Source of the DNA: the human T2T-CHM13v2.0 reference genome, Homo sapiens | Reading direction: 5' to 3' (one strand) | Length of the DNA: 64,000 nt | Assembly: GCF_009914755.1 (NCBI RefSeq) | Contig: NC_060930.1 | Part shown: positions 50,411-64,000 of the stretch, one piece after another | Position numbering within the stretch: the first letter of the stretch is position 1 | Layout: each line of letters starts with the position of its first letter | Notes under the pieces: model-generated | The model's database searches: none | Seen by the model: the letters and a program-made list of their open reading frames with translations, nothing else | What the model was told of the DNA's origin: nothing | Made by a program: the position numbers and the translations under genes

Positions 50411-50483
50411 ATTTTATACCAAGGCAACCATCACAAATCACCTTAGCCAGATTTTATACCAAGGCAACCATCACAAATCACCT
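50411..50483. repeat. Perfect 33-bp direct repeat with 7-bp spacer
   Basis: ATTTTATACCAAGGCAACCATCACAAATCACCT at 50411-50443 and 50451-50483. Confidence 0.97.
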
Positions 50484-50559
50484 CTGTCTAACAAAGCACC
50501 TTTTACGTTTTAAATGGACTTCAAAAGGAAAATATTAAAGTTTATTGAACTTTATTCAC

Positions 50560-50690
50560 ACACATTCATCTAACAAATATTTATTGAAGCTCTTAGACCC
50601 TATCGCGGCGGGGGAGGGGGGAACACAAAGCTACATGAGACAATGCCTATATGCCAGGAACTCACAATATTGAAGGGCAGAGATACATGT
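50560..50690 (-). mobile_element. L2 3' end fragment
   Basis: 'cattcatctaacaaatatttattga...tgccaggaactcacaat...gggcagagatac'. Confidence 0.6.
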
Positions 50691-50984
50691 GTTCTAGCCC
50701 CCTCCCCTCCCCTCTCCATCCTCCCTCCTTACTTAGATCAATGCCCCGGGTCACTCACTCTTCCCTAGGGCTCCGCGGGACAGGCACAGGATGGGCAAAG
50801 TGTACTTTGGTGGGCAGGATGAGGGGATTACTATGCCAGCTCCTTCTTTTCTTCTTTGTCCCGTTTGGGGTTGGATGGTTCATCTCTGTGGAAGGTACCT
50901 TTACCTGCGAGGGACTAAGAGTACCTTTGCCTGCTCAGGCCATGAAAGAGAATGATGTCTTCAGAGAAAGCAGGTAAAACCCTC

Positions 50985-51380
50985 CATAACCTGTGGCCCC
51001 AATCCCATCTCTCCAGCCTTAAATCCTACTCCATTTCCGTTATATCCACTCACTCCTTTCTGAATACACTGCAGTTTGCTTTCATTCAAGCTATGTCCTA
51101 CTGATCCAGTCCTACTTGTCTAAGTCTTATTCATCTTTTCAAGGGTCATCTTCAATGCTGCTTCTTCCATCAAATGTTTCTTGATCTTTGTCCCTGACCT
51201 CACCCACTCTAATATACATTTTCCTCCTATGAGTCCTCATAACTGAGTTTATGTCAACCCCAAGGAATTTATTATGCTTCAACTTATATTAAACAATTTA
51301 GGGACTTCTTATTCACTCATTCTCATGAGACTGTAAAATGCTTGAGAGCAAGTCTGTATTTAATTTGCTTTTCCCTCACG
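50985..51380 (+). mobile_element. L2 fragment
   Basis: 'ccctccataacctgtggccccaatcccatctctccagcct...tcttattcatcttttcaagg...gagactgtaaaatgcttgagagcaa'. Confidence 0.65.
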
Positions 51381-51414
51381 GGACAAATCAGAGACAAGGT
51401 TGGCCTGCATTTTA

Positions 51415-51580
51415 AAATTTATTTATTTAACTAACATTTATTAAGCATAAACTATGTGCCAGACATTGGGCTAGAGATTCAATAGTGAGTATAAATCATT
51501 TCTCCACCACCAAGGAATTTATACTGTAGTGACCAAATAGTCGATGATTAACAAATACCTGATAAGTTAATCAAAAGAGC
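51415..51580 (-). mobile_element. L2 3' end
   Basis: 'atttatttaactaacatttattaagcataaactatgtgccagacattgggctagagatt'. Confidence 0.7.
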
Positions 51581-52611
51581 ACCCCTCATACCCATAAATA
51601 TCTCTCCTTCTTAACCCCATTCTTCCTCCTCCTCTGTATGCTCTTTTAAATTGATTTCCCTAAACAGTATCTAAAGGCTTCCTACCTAAGGAAAGACTGA
51701 AAATGAAGACAAAGGTTTAAGAAAAGAGATATGTTATACTCTGAGCATTTCAACTGGTGGTTAAGGAGAATGCTTATATCTTATGATTGACATTTATGAG
51801 CCCCTATAGGCAAGGAAGGTATCCTCCCCAGTGTCTTGTAAAATGGTAAGACTTTGTCTGAACAAACGGTACCATCTTTATAATGAAAATAATCGTAATA
51901 ATAAATGAGTAGCCTTTGTTGGAGATTTTTCCCAACAATAAAAAATACTGAGAAGTTGAAAATGTTGAAACTTCAAATGTCTGACAATGACCAAATAGGT
52001 GTTAATGACAGAGAGGTGAAAGGTAAGAGAAAGGAAGATGTCTTCAAAGATGAATAAACATCCTTCCTGCTCCTTCTTAGTATGGCTCTTCTTCTAAGAC
52101 CAGCCCCCAATTAAGTGGCAATGCTCATTAGGGTTGCATGCCAGTTTTTATGAATTATTTTATACCATCCTATGGCTGCAACTATCAACCCGAGACTCCT
52201 AAATCTGTATCTTCAGACCTCGCTCTTTCTGAGCTCCAGATTCATATATCCAACTGATGCTGGCATTTCTACCTGGAAGTCCATGGACCCAGCAAGCACT
52301 AAAGGTGAAACGTATTTTCTTTCCTCTTTCTCTCACTCTGCTTCTCCTCAACTGGTCTCTGTATTAGCAGGATCTTTTGCAAGGACTGCTCTCTGAAGTT
52401 GCCACCCCACCTTCAACACCAGGAATCATCTACAATTCTCCCAGTCTCAGCTATAGCAGAGCTTTTTTTAGGAAGAACACTCTGAGCCAGAGAGCAGAGT
52501 TAGATGGTCCTTCTCTCTACTGGTGGTGTACCATGTCCCTATTTCTGTTAGAGCTCATATTGTACTGTTTTGTAACTTTGTGTTGACTGACTAGATCGTG
52601 ATCCTTTGGAG

Positions 52612-52808
52612 CAGTGGTTCTCAGTCCTTGTCACTCATTGGAATCACCTGGGAAATTTTAAAACTACTAATGCCTGGAACCCACTCCACCCCCAACTCTA
52701 CCCCTGAATGTAATTTAATTCATATGTGGTACAGCCTAGACACTGGAAGTTAAAAAAAAAAATCCCCCCAGATGATTTTTATGCACAGTTAAAATTGAGA
52801 ACTTCTGG
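52612..52808. mobile_element. MER5A-like DNA transposon
   Basis: Termini 'cagtggttctca' and 'tgagaacttctg', internal 'cattggaatcacctgggaaattttaaaa...tgcctgg'. Confidence 0.85.
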
Positions 52809-52859
52809 ACTTGAGAAGAGTAATTGCATCTTGAGTCAGGTATTGAATGAATAAACAAT

Positions 52860-53490
52860 TACAACATCTACCCAGACACCTTAGAGTCCCAAACCCCATT
52901 CATCACCAAAACCTGTCAACTGCACTTCTGAGAAGTCTCTTTTATCTACCTTCTTATATATACATAGAATAATTACTTTATTTCAGGCACTCATTTTTCT
53001 GCCAGATTATTACACTTTCCTCCTCATTGTCTTCTTATCTTAGAGTTCCCCCCAAGTTTCCCTCTAAACTACCATTAGAGTTATCTTGCTAATAGTCTAA
53101 CCATGTCCCCTTTCTGCTTCAAATGGATTTATGTTGCCTACACAATACAATCTAAACTTTGCCAGATGAGATACTTAATTTTCCTCCTTCTCTGCCTGGC
53201 TATTTCTATTTCTGCTTCATGATTCATCTCAAACATCAACTCCTCTACTGGCTAAATCTTCCCCCACTCCACCTCTCCCAGGAAAAGTTACCATGCCCCC
53301 TCTTTGCCTCTACAGCACTTGGTATATGTCTCTCTTACAGCCTTTTCTATTGTATGTTGACATTATCTGCTTAAATATGTATGTCTCCTACATGAACTCT
53401 TTGAGGGCAGAAACTTGTCCTGTCATCTTTGTATCCTGATTGCATAGCATAGGTCTAGTTGGTACATCAGTAAATATATATCAGATGAGA
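52860..53490 (+). mobile_element. L2 fragment(s)
   Basis: 'cattcatcaccaaaacctgtcaactgcacttc', 'cccctttctgcttcaaa', 'catgaactctttgagggcagaaacttgtcctgtcatctttgtatcc'. Confidence 0.7.
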
Positions 53491-54493
53491 GGATAGATTA
53501 AGAGAGGAAGAAAGATAAAGGCAAATAATGGTGTTTCTATTTAGAGGAAGGAGTAGCCCAAAAGGGTAAGGACAGAGATGGGAAGCTCCTGGAGGAAAGC
53601 TAGATGCCTACTCTACAGGAATCTGTCCTCAGACACAGAAGCCCTGAGCAGTGGTGTCAGAGGCTGGAACACCTGAGTCAGGCCTAAGTGGCTGTTTGTC
53701 CCTACTGCCTTTGACCACAGCCTCCTTGTCAGTCCAGTGCTCCCTGTGCAAAATGACCTGAATCTGAGTGTATCTACCATTAGACATGACTCTGAACCAT
53801 TTGATATTCCTGGGGAAAGCTTTTGGCCTTCCTTTTCCAAAATGATGTCTACACATTTAAAATTAACTTGTCACTCTAAAGAAACAAGAATTTACAACTT
53901 GGATTCTTTTTTTCTCACTTCAAAATTGGCCATATATCCTATGATTTGCTGTATTAATGTTGCAGTGTAGGAATGCTCTCTTCCCAGAGAACAACCAGAG
54001 ATGACTATTCTTTAAGCCCTGAAATAGTCACGATCAGTCTGAATGCTTGCAGATGCATGTTTTATTAGAGGGGAATGAAAGGAGTTAATAATCTTTTTCT
54101 CTAGACCAAAGAAGGGTGGACCAACTTGCCTACAGCATTGGCAACTTGTCTACACAACATGCCTCTTTTCATTGTTATACTTCCTGCCCAGGTTAGTCAG
54201 GAGGCTACTTATGAAACCAGTGTCTGTGATGATTACATGTTAGGTGTGAACTATACAGTCAGTGAGAATTAGTTATTAAAGTGATTATTTGTGTTTGATT
54301 GACAGAACACATGCATCTCTGTGGACAGCATAGTATTTCTTACCCCCTGGCATTAGATACTCTACATCAGAATGTAGTGCATTTCTGAGGAAACATAGAA
54401 AGTATTTATAAGAAAAGTTATGTGTTTCTGAGGATAAGAGGGGATCCTTTCATAAGGACCCTCCTGAGGCAGGTGATTTAGAGATGGGAGTGG

Positions 54494-55022
54494 TGAAGCC
54501 ATCCTCACATGGTGAACAAGAATTCAGGACAGAAATAGAGTTATAAGTAAGTATTAATCAGGCTTCACTTTGACCTATTTCCTTGTAACTAAAATTCACT
54601 AGATGTTGACCATTTACATCAACATTGTTCCTATAGATGGGACTTCTGACATTACAATCATAAGGCTTTTGTTTAAGAATTGCTTAATATATTTTTCACA
54701 TCCCAAATTCCAGTGAAACAGCTGACACCAACCAGTTTGAAGATCCACACAGAAGAACAGAATCAGCATGAGAATACAGTTTCATTTCCTTGTCCCATGG
54801 CTTCACCCTGTACTCTTTGACTTAACAACCATCTCCACACTTAGGCTCACTCCAAAACCTTCAAAAACCCTATCCCTAAACTCCTTGGGGAGATGGATTT
54901 GAGGTTTCCTTCTATTTCCTCCTTTGGCAGCTCTATGATTAAACCTCTTTATCTTCTGCAACCTGCTGTCTTAGTATATTGACTTGCCAGGTATATCAGG
55001 CAACAGACCTATTGTGGTTACA
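54494..55022 (+). mobile_element. ERV1-class solo LTR (LTR26-like)
   Basis: TG...CA termini (TGAAGCCATCCTCAC...ATTGTGGTTACA), exact 4-bp TSD GTGG at 54490-54493 and 55023-55026, ATTAAA signal near 54938. Confidence 0.85.
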
Positions 55023-58000
55023 GTGGTGGGGCAGTGGAGAAGTTTGGAAAACCAAAAGTGACCATGTGTTTAAAGCCCAGCAGTCCCTAAATTCACCCAG
55101 ACCAGCTCTAACTATGCTCAAGCCTTAGACAGAGAGGAAAACACATTCTATACTTAGAATACTGCTTTAAGAAATCCATTGTTGTCCTCTGAACATGACT
55201 AAGAAGTATTAGGAGCCCATTTATTTAGCATTATCAAGAATTAATTATTGAATACAACAGAAGAATTATTGCCTTTACATCATCAAATATTCATTAGATA
55301 CTATTCAGACCTATAGTTACACACACAAACTTACATACACAAAATGCTTTGTTCCACCTCACAAATGGCTATTTCCCAATAGTCTTCAAAGTAATAAGAA
55401 AAATTAGCATTGTCACCTACAGGTAGCATTACTGTCTCTGGGGCTGGCTCCACAATTAATGCCAATACGAAGAGGAAAAATGTCCCAGTGGAATATGGAG
55501 TTCTCTGTGCAGGTGTTTTCTGGTGGGACAACTTGAGGACTCTGGGTTTAAATTGTTAACCAGTTGACAATTTCCAATTTCAACCTTCTCCATCATTTCT
55601 GAAGAACAAACTTAAATGTCACTAAATGGTTCTAACATGACTTCGTGGTTTTCTAATTTTAATCTAAAACTAAAAAGTGAGCATTAGCACAGGTCTTGCA
55701 TAGATTATGATTCTGTAATAGTGCCACATAACCCAGAATTACCCCAAAACTGCTTTAGAAGTTTGCACACTGCTCTGCACTACAAGTCAGCATTACTTGG
55801 CTAAATGTTCTGACATTCATATGGAACAAAAAATTCTTGTTCATTGGTGGTTAGCAGTTCTCATTAAAGTTTGCCACTGATTCATGAAGAAAGGGCTTAG
55901 TAGATCAAAAAGGATAACCTTCATACATTACACAACTACTAAACTTGCACCTACTAATCAGTAACTTAAAACAATGTTCTTGCCAAAAGGTGTGTGAAAA
56001 GTAAGAAATTATACATGATAAGAAAAACTTAAGCTGTAAAAATGGAACACCTTGTTAAAATTAAGGGCAAAGCCTAAAGGCCAAAGTTCAAGCCTTCCCC
56101 CAATCCAGGCAGGGCCCAGATCACCATAAGCAGCATCACTGATTTTATTTTTCTCCCAAATTTTCAAACCTTATCCCGCAAATGAATGTCTCATTCTCAC
56201 TTTTCACTCTATGGTCCACTTTGGGCCACAGAGACAAGGAATGACTGTTGCACACCCAGACATGTGCATTTACAGACAACCATTAACCAAAGTCACAGCT
56301 AAGGATTCAAAGATCTCGAACTCCATGATCTGGGGGACGTATTTGAAGGTACTTCATATATTCTTGGCAATTGCTTATACTCAATGCTTTCAGCAGGTAA
56401 CCTGAGAATGCAAAATAGAAGTCTGACCCCTAAAACCCAGGGCCCTCTCTGGTGATGGTGCAAATCCACTCCACTTAATATTAGAATCAGGAAGATAAAC
56501 CATTAATAAAACAAGTCCATCCAGCATAAAAAGAAACAGCCTCACCATCAGTTAATTTCATGTCAAATTATATGTGAAATATTATTTTAAGAAGACATTT
56601 TGAAACCAAATGCAATTCTAAATGTGCTAGGATTCTAGGATGCCAAACTTATCTGCCAGAAATAATATCTTCATCAATGTAGCCTTATGTCTTAGAAAGC
56701 TTTCTAAACCTTACTAATAAATGCAAATTCCTCATGTTGACAGCAGCAGTAAGTAGATTCTTACATTTGCTAAAAGCAGATTATTAGCTACTCCTCTTTT
56801 TTCTATTTTGTAAATTTCCAGTTGGTGTAAAATACTTTGCACCAACTGTTCCAGTTGTTCTGACATTGTCTATTACTTTTTAGGCTAGCTTTTTCTAACA
56901 CAGACTGAAGAAAAAATGGGAAACTTTTTATTAAATGCAACTTCTCATTCACTCCTCTGACATCCATATCCAAGCCTGATTTTATTTCTAAAATAGCACA
57001 GACTTTTTCAGCTCATCTCATTCCTTATAGAAATGCCCATTCCATAAAAGGAAAAGTAAGACAGCAGCAAAATTCCGAAAGATAATTTGGGCATAGTGGT
57101 TTCTGAACAGAAGCCAACATGATGAACACCAACTGGACTTTTCCAACTCTCCCTCCCTCTGGAAGTCTATTTATTCTGCACTGACTGGAAACCATTCAGC
57201 AGTGTTGGATCTGTGACCTTCTCCTACACCTCTTCAATGCAGGAGGACATTAAAACACAAGCTGCAAATCCAGCCAGAGGGAAACGGCTGCCCTGGACCT
57301 GAGGCCTCTTTCATATTCAAAGACTGACTTCAATTGACTGGGGGTCCATATAAATAATATATTTCTCAACCAAAAGAGCTTCCCTGAGCAATTATTCTCA
57401 TCAGAAAAGTTTCTATGAGGTGCCAAGAGAATTATTTTAAGAAATGTTTTTAGAAGTTTCTTGACCTCAGAATTTTTTCAAGGTGTCAACTTGGGCTGAT
57501 CCCCAATAACAACAATCCATAGCTTAGTCAGATTTCAGGTTTTAAAGTATGTGGCATTTTTAAGAAGGCTCCTCCCCACTTTCCTTCAAACATATGCCGA
57601 AAGTAAACACAAGTTCAAGCCCATTGTTGTGTTTTTCAACTACAAATTTTCTATCTCTTCCTTTCCTTCCTCCACCATCACCTCAAAATTCAGTCAGCAG
57701 AAGGTAGAAATGAGTAGGAACCGTCCAACATTATGGGACACCACTCAAGGGTTTCCTTGCCTCAGCTTTGCAAGTATTTCAGATCCTTGATTGTCCTTAA
57801 AATTTACAGTTTGATCTGGCAGTAATCTCTGGGTAAATCCAAAAAAGAAAATGCCACTCTTCTAAAATGATGAAAAATAATCTCTTCAAAACTAGGAAGG
57901 GTCAATCTCGGAGATCCACAGGAAACTCTGTGTTTTTCTCTGGCCAACTGAGGACCCACTTGGTTCCAGATGTAAAACCGAGGCAGAACTGAAAATAATG

Positions 58001-58374
58001 GGAATAAGAGGTTATACTCTGCAGGATGAACCAATTCTGACATAACATAAACTTCCTGAGAAAACATGAGTATAAGTGACACTTTGCTAGAAATAGGTTA
58101 GGCTTACAGAGTAGGAAAATAGCCGGAGGTGACAAAAATGCAATAACTTCATCTCTGCTTATGAAATTCAGTGCCATCTTTAAATAGCTATTTTTTTCTG
58201 ACTCCTAATCAATAAATGAGATCCAAAATATTCTTTGAAATTTACAATGAAATGAGGAATAAATGATTCCTAAATCACCATTATCTCCTCATTTTATTTA
58301 TTAAATCAGTATTAAAAATAATCCATTATATGCAAAACATTAAGCTATATGCATAATGTCTCTACCAATTTAAA

Positions 58375-58870
58375 TTATCTCTGAACCCAGTGTACAAGGG
58401 TTCCCTTTCCTCTACATTTGCTCTGACTCATTTTCCTTATGCTTTCTTTTAGTAGTTTTATGGTTTCAGGTCTTGTGTCTAAGTCTTTAATCCATTTTGA
58501 GTTAACTTTGTGTATGGTGTAAGACAAGGGTCCAACTTTATTATTTTGAATGTGGATATCCAATTTTCCCAACATCATTTATTAAAGAAACTTTCTCTCC
58601 CCACGTATATTCTTGGCACTCTTGTCAAAGGTTAGTTGACTATGTATGTGTGGGTTTATTTCTGAGTTCTCTGTTCTGTTCTATTGGTCTATGTGTCTGT
58701 TTTTATGACAGTGCCATATTGTTTTGATTATTATAGCTTTGAAATACAGTTTAAAATCAGGGAGTGTGATACCTCTTATTTTGTTATTTCTTAAAATCTC
58801 TCTAGTTACTTGGAGTCTTTTGTGGTTTCATGCAAACTTTAGGGGTTTTTTTAATTACTTAAAAAAAGTC
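58375..58870 (-). mobile_element. Old L1M ORF2 fragment (left part, split by L1PA)
   Basis: Minus ORF 58375-58578 (NSKWIKDLDTRPETIKLLKE); the antisense L1 text resumes at 63304. Confidence 0.8.
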
Positions 58871-63303
<4,433 letters not shown>

Positions 63304-63391
63304 AAAGTCATGGTTTTTGATAGGGATTGCATTGAATCTATAGATCACTTTGGGTAGCATGAACATTTTAACAATATTCTTTCAATCCATG
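63304..63391 (-). mobile_element. Old L1M fragment (continuation of 58375-58870)
   Basis: 'aaagtcatggtttttgatagggattgcattgaatctatagatcactttgggtag' is the text expected next after 58870. Confidence 0.75.

Positions 63392-64000
<609 letters not shown>

Noticed and set aside
50411-50483. CRISPR-like repeat-spacer unit (33-bp repeats)
   Set aside because: Only two copies, a 7-bp spacer, no cas genes, and primate genomic context.

Overview
Non-coding, repeat-rich simian primate (probably human or ape) genomic DNA, judged from AluY/AluS, L1PA/L1PB/L1M, HERV9-like ERV, MIR, L2, MER and MaLR content. I find no intact host protein-coding gene; every recognisable ORF is a decayed retroelement fragment. 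(1) 6.2-20.1 kb is a nested retroelement stack. A 5'-truncated HERV9/LTR12-type provirus (integrase, dead env, complete 3' LTR) abuts an old antisense L1M. That L1M is interrupted by a near full-length L1PB whose target-site duplication encloses about 137 bp of extra sequence plus a second poly(A), a probable 3' transduction, later invaded by an AluSp and a long GAAA tract. (2) About 22.9-32.5 kb is transposon-poor and holds several homeobox/TALE-motif-rich blocks, a CpG-dense core near 27.7 kb and G-quadruplex-type tracts, which looks like a developmental enhancer cluster (inference). (3) 33-58 kb is ordinary ancient-repeat terrain with solo LTRs. (4) 58.4-64 kb is a second nested L1M/L1PA/MER4/AluY stack. 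Subfamily names come from recalled consensus sequences, not a database search, and boundaries of old repeats are approximate. I see no convincing evidence of a new biological system.
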